Assembly: GCA_964057225.1 (NCBI GenBank)
Contig: OZ059897.1
Span: 4,712,001-4,776,000, forward strand
Direction: 5' to 3'
Source of the DNA: Auanema rhodensis
Taxonomy: Eukaryota > Animalia > Nematoda
Length of the DNA: 64,000 nt
Shown here: positions 12,286 to 24,850 of the stretch, piece after piece
Position numbering within the stretch: the stretch's first letter is position 1
Layout of the letters: each line of letters begins with the position of its first letter
Notes under the pieces: model-generated
What the model was told of the DNA's origin: nothing
The model's input: the letters and a program-made list of their open reading frames with translations, nothing else
The model's database searches: none
Position numbers and translations under genes: made by a program

Positions 12286-14099
12286 AATGTTTTTCAACGA
12301 AAAAATCATTTCTTCAGGGTGAAAATCGAGGATATAAGTGTGAACATATATCAGTTGATATCTCGGTGCATTTTTAAGCTAACTCAAATCTGATAACACA
12401 GATCAACGCAGCTTAAAAATCCGCATCAAATGCACTATACTACATTGAGAAACGCTCTATACAAAAATTAGTTATTATCGTTTGAAAAATAATGCATTAG
12501 TGTATGTTGAGTTCCCATGTACACTCAACATTGCTTCCAAAAACATTTTGACAAAAATTTTCCCGAAAAATTTCTAAATAATTTCACAAAAAGTAGATGT
12601 TTTTAGATTTCTTTTTTCAAAGCGAAGACATTGGACAATGTTTTTCAACGAAAAAATCATTTCTTCAGGGTGAAAATCGAGGATATAAGTGTGAACATAT
12701 ATCAGTTGATATCTCGGTGCATTTTTAAGCTAACTCAAATCTGATAACACAGATCAACGCAGCTTAAAAATCCGCATCGAATGCACTATACTACATTGAG
12801 AAACGCTCTATACAAAAATTAGTTATTATCGTTTGAAAAATAATGCGTTAGTGTATGCTGAGTTCCCATGTACACTCAACATTGCTTCCAAAAACATTTT
12901 GACAAAAATTTTTCCGAAAAATTTCTAAATAATTTCACAAAAAGTAAATGTTTTTAGATTTCTTTTTTCAAGGCGAAGACATTGGACAATGTTTTTCAAC
13001 GAAAAAATCATTTCTTCAGGGTGAAAATCGAGGATATAAGTGTGAACATATATCAGTTGATATCTCGGTGCATTTTTAAGCTAACTCAAATCTGATAACA
13101 CAGATCAACGCAGCTTAAAAATCCGCATCGAATGCACTATACTACATTGAGAAACGCTCTATACAAAAATTAGTTATTATCGTTTGAAAAATAATGCATT
13201 AGTGTATGTTGAGTTCCCATGTACACTCAACATTGCTTCCAAAAACATTTTGACAAAAATTTTCCCGAAAAATTTCTAAATAATTTCACAAAAAGTAGAT
13301 GTTTTTAGATTTCTTTTTTCAAAGCGAAGACATTGGACAATGTTTTTCAACGAAAAAATCATTTCTTCAGGGTGAAAATCGAGGATATAAGTGTGAACAT
13401 ATATCAGTTGATATCTCGGTGCATTTTTAAGCTAACTCAAATCTGATAACACAGATCAACGCAGCTTAAAAATCCGCATCGAATGCACTATACTACATTG
13501 AGAAACGCTCTATACAAAAATTAGTTATTATCGTTTGAAAAATAATGCGTTAGTGTATGCTGAGTTCCCATGTACACTCAACATTGCTTCCAAAAACATT
13601 TTGACAAAAATTTTTCCGAAAAATTTCTAAATAATTTCACAAAAAGTAAATGTTTTTAGATTTCTTTTTTCAAGGCGAAGACATTGGACAATGTTTTTCA
13701 ACGAAAAAATCATTTCTTCAGGGTGAAAATCGAGGATATAAGTGTGAACATATATCAGTTGATATCTCGGTGCATTTTTAAGCTAACTCAAATCTGATAA
13801 CACAGATCAACGCAGCTTAAAAATCCGCATCGAATGCACTATACTACATTGAGAAACGCTCTATACAAAAATTAGTTATTATCGTTTGAAAAATAATGCA
13901 TTAGTGTATGTTGAGTTCCCATGTACACTCAACATTGCTTCCAAAAACATTTTGACAAAAATTTTCCCGAAAAATTTCTAAATAATTTCACAAAAAGTAG
14001 ATGTTTTTAGATTTCTTTTTTCAAAGCGAAGACATTGGACAATGTTTTTCAACGAAAAAATCATTTCTTCAGGGTGAAAATCGAGGATATAAGTGTGAA

Positions 14100-17000
14100 C
14101 ATATATCAGTTGATATCTCGGTGCATTTTTAAGCTAACTCAAATCTGATAACACAGATCAACGCAGCTTAAAAATCCGCATCGAATGCACTATACTACAT
14201 TGAGAAACGCTCTATACAAAAATTAGTTATTATCGTTTGAAAAATAATGCATTAGTGTATGTTGAGTTCCCATGTACACTCAACATTGCTTCCAAAAACA
14301 TTTTGACAAAAATTTTCCCGAAAAAATTCTAAATAATTTCACAAAAAGTAGATGTTTTTAGATTTCTTTTTTCAAAGCGAAGACATTGGACAATGTTTTT
14401 CAACGAAAAAATCATTTCTTCAGGGTGAAAATCGAGGATATAAGTGTGAACATATATCAGTTGATATCTCGGTGCATTTTTAAGCTAACTCAAATCTGAT
14501 AACACAGATCAACGCAGCTTAAAAATCCGCATCGAATGCACTATACTACATTGAGAAACGCTCTATACAAAAATTAGTTATTATCGTTTGAAAAATAATG
14601 CATTAGTGTATGCTGAGTTCCCATGTACACTCAACATTGCTTCCAAAAACATTTTGACAAAAATTTTCCCGAAAAATTTCTAAATAGTTTCACAAAAAGT
14701 AGATGTTTTTAGATTCCTTTTTTCAAGGCGAAGACATTGGATAATGTTTTTCAACGAAAAAATCATTTCTTCAGGGTGAAAATCGAGAATATAAGTGTGA
14801 ACCTATATCAGTTGATATCTCGGTGCATTTTTAAGCTAGCTCAAATCTGATAACACAGATCGACGCAGCTTAAAAATCCGCATCGAATGCACTATACTAC
14901 ATTGAAAAACGCTATTTACAAAAATCAGTTATGATCGTTTGAAAAATAATGCATTAGTGTATGTTGAGTTCCCATGTACACTCAACATTGCTTCCAAAAA
15001 CATTTTGACAAAAATTTTCCCGAAAAATTTCTAAATAGTTTCACAAAAAGTAGATGTTTTTAGATTCCTTTTTTCAAGGCGAAGACATTGGATAATGTTT
15101 TTCAACGAAAAAATCATTTCTTCAGGGTGAAAATCGAGAATATAAGTGTGAACCTATATCAGTTGATATCTCGGTGCATTTTTAAGCTAGCTCAAATCTG
15201 ATAACACAGATCGACGCAGCTTAAAAATCCGCATCGAATGCACTATACTACATTGAGAAACGCTATTTACAAAAATCAGTTATGATCGTTTGAAAAATAA
15301 TGCATTAGTGTATGTTGAGTTCCCATGTACACTCAACATTGCTTCCAAAAACATTTTGACAAAAATTTTCCCGAAAAATTTCTAAATAATTTCACAAAAA
15401 GTAGATGTTTTTAGATTTCTTTTTTCAAAGCGAAGACATTGGACAATGTTTTTCAACGAAAAAATCATTTCTTCAGGGTGAAAATCGAGGATATAAGTGT
15501 GAACATATATCAGTTGATATCTCGGTGCATTTTTAAGCTAACTCAAATCTGATAACACAGATCAACGCAGCTTAAAAATCCGCATCGAATGCACTATACT
15601 ACATTGAGAAACGCTCTATACAAAAATTAGTTATTATCGTTTGAAAAATAATGCATTAGTGTATGTTGAGTTCCCATGTACACTCAACATTGCTTCCAAA
15701 AACATTTTGACAAAAATTTTCCCGAAAAAATTCTAAATAATTTCACAAAAAGTAGATGTTTTTAGATTTCTTTTTTCAAAGCGAAGACATTGGACAATGT
15801 TTTTCAACGAAAAAATCATTTCTTCAGGGTGAAAATCGAGGATATAAGTGTGAACATATATCAGTTGATATCTCGGTGCATTTTTAAGCTAACTCAAATC
15901 TGATAACACAGATCAACGCAGCTTAAAAATCCGCATCGAATGCACTATACTACATTGAGAAACGCTCTATACAAAAATTAGTTATTATCGTTTGAAAAAT
16001 AATGCATTAGTGTATGCTGAGTTCCCATGTACACTCAACATTGCTTCCAAAAACATTTTGACAAAAATTTTCCCGAAAAATTTCTAAATAGTTTCACAAA
16101 AAGTAGATGTTTTTAGATTCCTTTTTTCAAGGCGAAGACATTGGATAATGTTTTTCAACGAAAAAATCATTTCTTCAGGGTGAAAATCGAGAATATAAGT
16201 GTGAACCTATATCAGTTGATATCTCGGTGCATTTTTAAGCTAGCTCAAATCTGATAACACAGATCGACGCAGCTTAAAAATCCGCATCGAATGCACTATA
16301 CTACATTGAGAAACGCTATTTACAAAAATCAGTTATGATCGTTTGAAAAATAATGCATTAGTGTATGTTGAGTTCCCATGTACACTCAACATTGCTTCCA
16401 AAAACATTTTGACAAAAATTTTCCCGAAAAATTTCTAAATAGTTTCACAAAAAGTAGATGTTTTTAGATTCCTTTTTTCAAGGCGAAGACATTGGATAAT
16501 GTTTTTCAACGAAAAAATCATTTCTTCAGGGTGAAAATCGAGAATATAAGTGTGAACATATATCAGTTGATATCTCGGTGCATTTTTAAGCTAACTCAAA
16601 TCTGATAACACAGATCAACGCAGCTTAAAAATCCGCATCGAATGCACTATACTACATTGAGAAACGCTCTATACAAAAATTAGTTATTATCGTTTGAAAA
16701 ATAATGCATTAGTGTATGTTGAGTTCCCATGTACACTCAACATTGCTTCCAAAAACATTTTGACAAAAATTTTCCCGAAAAAATTCTAAATAATTTCACA
16801 AAAAGTAGATGTTTTTAGATTTCTTTTTTCAAAGCGAAGACATTGGACAATGTTTTTCAACGAAAAAATCATTTCTTCAGGGTGAAAATCGAGGATATAA
16901 GTGTGAACATATATCAGTTGATATCTCGGTGCATTTTTAAGCTAACTCAAATCTGATAACACAGATCAACGCAGCTTAAAAATCCGCATCGAATGCACTA

Positions 17001-19014
17001 TACTACATTGAGAAACGCTCTATACAAAAATTAGTTATTATCGTTTGAAAAATAATGCATTAGTGTATGCTGAGTTCCCATGTACACTCAACATTGCTTC
17101 CAAAAACATTTTGACAAAAATTTTCCCGAAAAATTTCTAAATAGTTTCACAAAAAGTAGATGTTTTTAGATTCCTTTTTTCAAGGCGAAGACATTGGATA
17201 ATGTTTTTCAACGAAAAAATCATTTCTTCAGGGTGAAAATCGAGAATATAAGTGTGAACCTATATCAGTTGATATCTCGGTGCATTTTTAAGCTAGCTCA
17301 AATCTGATAACACAGATCGACGCAGCTTAAAAATCCGCATCGAATGCACTATACTACATTGAAAAACGCTATTTACAAAAATCAGTTATGATCGTTTGAA
17401 AAATAATGCATTAGTGTATGTTGAGTTCCCATGTACACTCAACATTGCTTCCAAAAACATTTTGACAAAAATTTTCCCGAAAAATTTCTAAATAGTTTCA
17501 CAAAAAGTAGATGTTTTTAGATTCCTTTTTTCAAGGCGAAGACATTGGATAATGTTTTTCAACGAAAAAATCATTTCTTCAGGGTGAAAATCGAGAATAT
17601 AAGTGTGAACCTATATCAGTTGATATCTCGGTGCATTTTTAAGCTAGCTCAAATCTGATAACACAGATCGACGCAGCTTAAAAATCCGCATCGAATGCAC
17701 TATACTACATTGAGAAACGCTATTTACAAAAATCAGTTATGATCGTTTGAAAAATAATGCATTAGTGTATGTTGAGTTCCCATGTACACTCAACATTGCT
17801 TCCAAAAACATTTTGACAAAAATTTTCCCGAAAAATTTCTAAATAATTTCACAAAAAGTAGATGTTTTTAGATTTCTTTTTTCAAAGCGAAGACATTGGA
17901 CAATGTTTTTCAACGAAAAAATCATTTCTTCAGGGTGAAAATCGAGGATATAAGTGTGAACATATATCAGTTGATATCTCGGTGCATTTTTAAGCTAACT
18001 CAAATCTGATAACACAGATCAACGCAGCTTAAAAATCCGCATCGAATGCACTATACTACATTGAGAAACGCTCTATACAAAAATTAGTTATTATCGTTTG
18101 AAAAATAATGCATTAGTGTATGTTGAGTTCCCATGTACACTCAACATTGCTTCCAAAAACATTTTGACAAAAATTTTCCCGAAAAAATTCTAAATAATTT
18201 CACAAAAAGTAGATGTTTTTAGATTTCTTTTTTCAAAGCGAAGACATTGGACAATGTTTTTCAACGAAAAAATCATTTCTTCAGGGTGAAAATCGAGGAT
18301 ATAAGTGTGAACATATATCAGTTGATATCTCGGTGCATTTTTAAGCTAACTCAAATCTGATAACACAGATCAACGCAGCTTAAAAATCCGCATCGAATGC
18401 ACTATACTACATTGAGAAACGCTCTATACAAAAATTAGTTATTATCGTTTGAAAAATAATGCATTAGTGTATGCTGAGTTCCCATGTACACTCAACATTG
18501 CTTCCAAAAACATTTTGACAAAAATTTTCCCGAAAAATTTCTAAATAGTTTCACAAAAAGTAGATGTTTTTAGATTCCTTTTTTCAAGGCGAAGACATTG
18601 GATAATGTTTTTCAACGAAAAAATCATTTCTTCAGGGTGAAAATCGAGAATATAAGTGTGAACCTATATCAGTTGATATCTCGGTGCATTTTTAAGCTAG
18701 CTCAAATCTGATAACACAGATCGACGCAGCTTAAAAATCCGCATCGAATGCACTATACTACATTGAGAAACGCTATTTACAAAAATCAGTTATGATCGTT
18801 TGAAAAATAATGCATTAGTGTATGTTGAGTTCCCATGTACACTCAACATTGCTTCCAAAAACATTTTGACAAAAATTTTCCCGAAAAATTTCTAAATAGT
18901 TTCACAAAAAGTAGATGTTTTTAGATTCCTTTTTTCAAGGCGAAGACATTGGATAATGTTTTTCAACGAAAAAATCATTTCTTCAGGGTGAAAATCGAGA
19001 ATATAAGTGTGAAC
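14100..19014. repeat. Tandem duplication of a 7-monomer block (2457 bp)
   Basis: The ATTGAAAAAC variant (G164A) was seen only at 14906 and 17363, which are 2457 bp apart. The order of monomer types is identical and the junction monomer M48 is chimeric. Confidence 0.85.
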
Positions 19015-22000
19015 CTATATCAGTTGATATCTCGGTGCATTTTTAAGCTAGCTCAAATCTGATAACACAGATCGACGCAGCTTAAAAATCCGCATCGAAT
19101 GCACTATACTACATTGAGAAACGCTATTTACAAAAATCAGTTATGATCGTTTGAAAAATAATGCATTAGTGTATGTTGAGTTCCCATGTACACTCAACAT
19201 TGCTTCCAAAAACATTTTGACAAAAATTTTCCCGAAAAATTTCTAAATAATTTCACAAAAAGTAGATGTTTTTAGATTCCTTTTTTCAAGACGAAGACGA
19301 TGGACAATGTTTTTCAACGAAAAAATCATTTCTTCAGAGTGAAAATCGAGGATATAAGTGTGAACATATATCAGTTGATATCTCGGTGCATTTTTAAGCT
19401 AACTCAAATCTGATAACACAGATCGACGCAGCTTAAAAATCCGCATCGAATGCACTATACTACATTGAGAAACGCTCTATACAAAAATTAGTTATGATCG
19501 TTTGAAAAATAATGCATTAGTGTATGTTGAGTTCCCATGTACACTCAACATTGCTTCCAAAAACATTTTGACAAAAATTTTCCCGAAAAATTTCTAAATA
19601 ATTTCACAAAAAGTACATGTTTTTAGATTCCTTTTTTCAAGACGAAGACGATGGACAATGTTTTTCAACGAAAAAATCATTTCTTCAGAGTGAAAATCGA
19701 GGATATAAGTGTGAACATATATCAGTTGATATCTCGGTGCATTTTTAAGCTAACTCAAATCTGATAACACAGATCGACGCAGCTTAAAAATCCGCATCGA
19801 ATGCACTATATTACATTGAGAAACGCTCTATACAAAAATTAGTTATGATCGTTTGAAAAATAATGCATTAGTGTATGTTGAGTTCCCATGTACACTCAAC
19901 ATTGCTTCCAAAAACATTTTGACAAAAATTTTCCCGAAAAATTTCTAAATAATTTCACAAAAAGTAGATGTTTTTAGATTCCTTTTTTCAAGGCGAAGAC
20001 GATGGACAATGTTATGCAACAAAAAAATCATTTCTTCAGGGTTAAAATCGAGGATATAAGTGTGAAACTATATCAGTTGATATCTCGGTGCATTTTTAAG
20101 CTAACTCAAATCTGATAACACAGATCGACGCAGCTTAAAAATCCGCATCGAATGCACTATATTACATTGAGAAACGCTCTATACAAAAATTAGTTATGAT
20201 CGTTTGAAAAATAATGCATTAGTGTATGTTGAGTTCCCATGTACACTCAACATTGCTTCCAAAAACATTTTGACAAAAATTTTCCCGAAAAATTTCTAAA
20301 TAATTTCACAAAAAGTAGATGTTTTTAGATTCCTTTTTTCAAGGCGAAGACGATGGACAATGTTATGCAACAAAAAAATCATTTCTTCAGGGTTAAAATC
20401 GAGGATATAAGTGTGAAACTATATCAGTTGATATCTCGGTGCATTTTTAAGCTAGCTCAAATCTGATAACACAGATCGACGCAGCTTAAAAATTCGCATC
20501 GAATGCACTATACTACATTGAGAAACGCTCTATACAAAAATTAGTTATGATCGTTTGAAAAATAATGCATTAGTGTATGTTGAGTTCCCATGTACACTCA
20601 ACATTGCTTCCAAAAACATTTTGACAAAAATATTCCCGAAAAATTTCTAAATAATTTGACAAAAAGTAGATGTTTTTAGATTCCTTTTTTCAAGACGAAG
20701 ACATTGGACAATGTTTTTCAACGAAAAAATCATTTCTTCAGGGTGAAAATCGAGGATATAAGTGTGAAACTATATCAGTTGATATCTCGGTGCATTTTTA
20801 AGCTAACTCAAATCTGATAACACAGATCGACGCAGCTTAAAAATCCGCATCGAATGCACTATACTACATTGAGAAACGCTCCATACAAAAATTAGTTATG
20901 ATCGTTTGAAAAATAATGCATTAGTGTATGTTGAGTTCCCATGTACACTCAACATTGCTTCCAAAAACATTTTGACAAAAATTTTCCCGAAAAATTTCTA
21001 AATAATTTCACAAAAAGTAGATGTTTTTAGATTTCTTTTATCAAGACGAAGACGATGGACAATGGTTTTCAACGAAAAAATCATTTCTTCAGGGTTAAAA
21101 TCGAGGATATAAGTGTGAAACTATATCAGTTGATATCTCGGTGCATTTTTAAGCTAACTCAAATCTGATAACACAGATCAACGCAGCTTAAAAATTCGCA
21201 TCGAATGCACTATACTACATTGAGAAACGCTCTATACAAAAATTAGTTATTATCGTTTGAAAAATAATGCATTAGTGTATGCTGAGTTCCCATGTACACT
21301 CAACATTGCTTCCAAAAACATTTTGACAAAAATTTTTCCGAAAAATTTCTAAATAATTTCACAAAAAGTAAATGTTTTTAGATTTCTTTTTTCAAGGCGA
21401 AGACATTGGACAATGTTTTTCAACGAAAAAATCATTTCTTCAGGGTGAAAATCGAGGATATAAGTGTGAACATATATCAGTTGATATCTCGGTGCATTTT
21501 TAAGCTAACTCAAATCTGATAACACAGATCAACGCAGCTTAAAAATCCGCATCAAATGCACTATACTACATTGAGAAACGCTCTATACAAAAATTAGTTA
21601 TTATCGTTTGAAAAATAATGCATTAGTGTATGTTGAGTTCCCATGTACACTCAACATTGCTTCCAAAAACATTTTGACAAAAATTTTCCCGAAAAATTTC
21701 TAAATAATTTCACAAAAAGTAGATGTTTTTAGATTTCTTTTTTCAAAGCGAAGACATTGGACAATGTTTTTCAACGAAAAAATCATTTCTTCAGGGTGAA
21801 AATCGAGGATATAAGTGTGAACATATATCAGTTGATATCTCGGTGCATTTTTAAGCTAACTCAAATCTGATAACACAGATCAACGCAGCTTAAAAATCCG
21901 CATCGAATGCACTATACTACATTGAGAAACGCTCTATACAAAAATTAGTTATTATCGTTTGAAAAATAATGCGTTAGTGTATGCTGAGTTCCCATGTACA

Positions 22001-24850
22001 CTCAACATTGCTTCCAAAAACATTTTGACAAAAATTTTTCCGAAAAATTTCTAAATAATTTCACAAAAAGTAAATGTTTTTAGATTTCTTTTTTCAAGGC
22101 GAAGACATTGGACAATGTTTTTCAACGAAAAAATCATTTCTTCAGGGTGAAAATCGAGGATATAAGTGTGAACATATATCAGTTGATATCTCGGTGCATT
22201 TTTAAGCTTACTCAAATCTGATAACACAGATCAACGCAGCTTAAAAATCCGCATCGAATGCACTATACTACATTGAGAAACGCTCTATACAAAAATTAGT
22301 TATTATCGTTTGAAAAATAATGCATTAGTGTATGTTGAGTTCCCATGTACACTCAACATTGCTTCCAAAAACATTTTGACAAAAATTTTCCCGAAAAATT
22401 TCTAAATAATTTCACAAAAAGTAGATGTTTTTAGATTTCTTTTTTCAAAGCGAAGACATTGGACAATGTTTTTCAACGAAAAAATCATTTCTTCAGGGTG
22501 AAAATCGAGGATATAAGTGTGAACATATATCAGTTGATATCTCGGTGCATTTTTAAGCTAACTCAAATCTGATAACACAGATCAACGCAGCTTAAAAATC
22601 CGCATCGAATGCACTATACTACATTGAGAAACGCTCTATACAAAAATTAGTTATTATCGTTTGAAAAATAATGCATTAGTGTATGCTGAGTTCCCATGTA
22701 CACTCAACATTGCTTCCAAAAACATTTTGACAAAAATTTTCCCGAAAAATTTCTAAATAGTTTCACAAAAAGTAGATGTTTTTAGATTCCTTTTTTCAAG
22801 GCGAAGACATTGGATAATGTTTTTCAACGAAAAAATCATTTCTTCAGGGTGAAAATCGAGAATATAAGTGTGAACCTATATCAGTTGATATCTCGGTGCA
22901 TTTTTAAGCTAGCTCAAATCTGATAACACAGATCGACGCAGCTTAAAAATCCGCATCGAATGCACTATACTACATTGAGAAACGCTATTTACAAAAATCA
23001 GTTATGATCGTTTGAAAAATAATGCATTAGTGTATGTTGAGTTCCCATGTACACTCAACATTGCTTCCAAAAACATTTTGACAAAAATTTTCCCGAAAAA
23101 TTTCTAAATAGTTTCACAAAAAGTAGATGTTTTTAGATTCCTTTTTTCAAGGCGAAGACATTGGATAATGTTTTTCAACGAAAAAATCATTTCTTCAGGG
23201 TGAAAATCGAGAATATAAGTGTGAACCTATATCAGTTGATATCTCGGTGCATTTTTAAGCTAGCTCAAATCTGATAACACAGATCGACGCAGCTTAAAAA
23301 TCCGCATCGAATGCACTATACTACATTGAGAAACGCTATTTACAAAAATCAGTTATGATCGTTTGAAAAATAATGCATTAGTGTATGTTGAGTTCCCATG
23401 TACACTCAACATTGCTTCCAAAAACATTTTGACAAAAATTTTCCCGAAAAATTTCTGAATAATTTCACAAAAAGTAGATGTTTTTAGATTCCTTTTTTCA
23501 TGACAAAGACGATGGACAATGTTTTTCAACGAAAAAATCATTTCTTCAGAGTGAAAATCGAGGATATAAGTGTGAACATATATCAGTTGATATCTCGGTG
23601 CATTTTTAAGCTAACTCAAATCTGATAACACAGATCGACGCAGCTTAAAAATCCGCATCGAATGCACTATACTACATTGAGAAACGCTCTATACAAAAAT
23701 TAGTTATGATCGTTTGAAAAATAATGCATTAGTGTATGTTGAGTTCCCATGTACACTCAACATTGCTTCCAAAAACATTTTGACAAAAATTTTCCCGAAA
23801 AATTTCTAAATAATTTCACAAAAAGTACATGTTTTTAGATTCCTTTTTTCAAGACGAAGACGATGGACAATGTTTTTCAACGAAAAAATCATTTCTTCAG
23901 AGTGAAAATCGAGGATATAAGTGTGAACATATATCAGTTGATATCTCGGTGCATTTTTAAGCTAACTCAAATCTGATAACACAGATCGACGCAGCTTAAA
24001 AATCCGCATCGAATGCACTATATTACATTGAGAAACGCTCTATACAAAAATTAGTTATGATCGTTTGAAAAATAATGCATTAGTGTATGTTGAGTTCCCA
24101 TGTACACTCAACATTGCTTCCAAAAACATTTTGACAAAAATTTTCCCGAAAAATTTCTAAATAATTTCACAAAAAGTAGATGTTTTTAGATTCCTTTTTT
24201 CAAGGCGAAGACGATGGACAATGTTATGCAACAAAAAAATCATTTCTTCAGGGTTAAAATCGAGGATATAAGTGTGAAACTATATCAGTTGATATCTCGG
24301 TGCATTTTTAAGCTAACTCAAATCTGATAACACAGATCGACGCAGCTTAAAAATCCGCATCGAATGCACTATATTACATTGAGAAACGCTCTATACAAAA
24401 ATTAGTTATGATCGTTTGAAAAATAATGCATTAGTGTATGTTGAGTTCCCATGTACACTCAACATTGCTTCCAAAAACATTTTGACAAAAATTTTCCCGA
24501 AAAATTTCTAAATAATTTCACAAAAAGTAGATGTTTTTAGATTCCTTTTTTCAAGGCGAAGACGATGGACAATGTTATGCAACAAAAAAATCATTTCTTC
24601 AGGGTTAAAATCGAGGATATAAGTGTGAAACTATATCAGTTGATATCTCGGTGCATTTTTAAGCTAGCTCAAATCTGATAACACAGATCGACGCAGCTTA
24701 AAAATTCGCATCGAATGCACTATACTACATTGAGAAACGCTCTATACAAAAATTAGTTATGATCGTTTGAAAAATAATGCATTAGTGTATGTTGAGTTCC
24801 CATGTACACTCAACATTGCTTCCAAAAACATTTTGACAAAAATATTCCCG
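18253..24850. repeat. 12-monomer higher-order repeat (4212 bp), ~1.6 units
   Basis: The GTACATG variant (G311C) occurs at 19616 and 23828, 4212 bp apart, with the same order of monomer types. Confidence 0.85.

Noticed and set aside
23353-23541. 62-aa ORF as a protein-coding gene
   Set aside because: It lies wholly in satellite sequence across a monomer junction and exists only because of one A>G change removing the TAG present in nearly all other copies. It has no recognisable domain or gene context.
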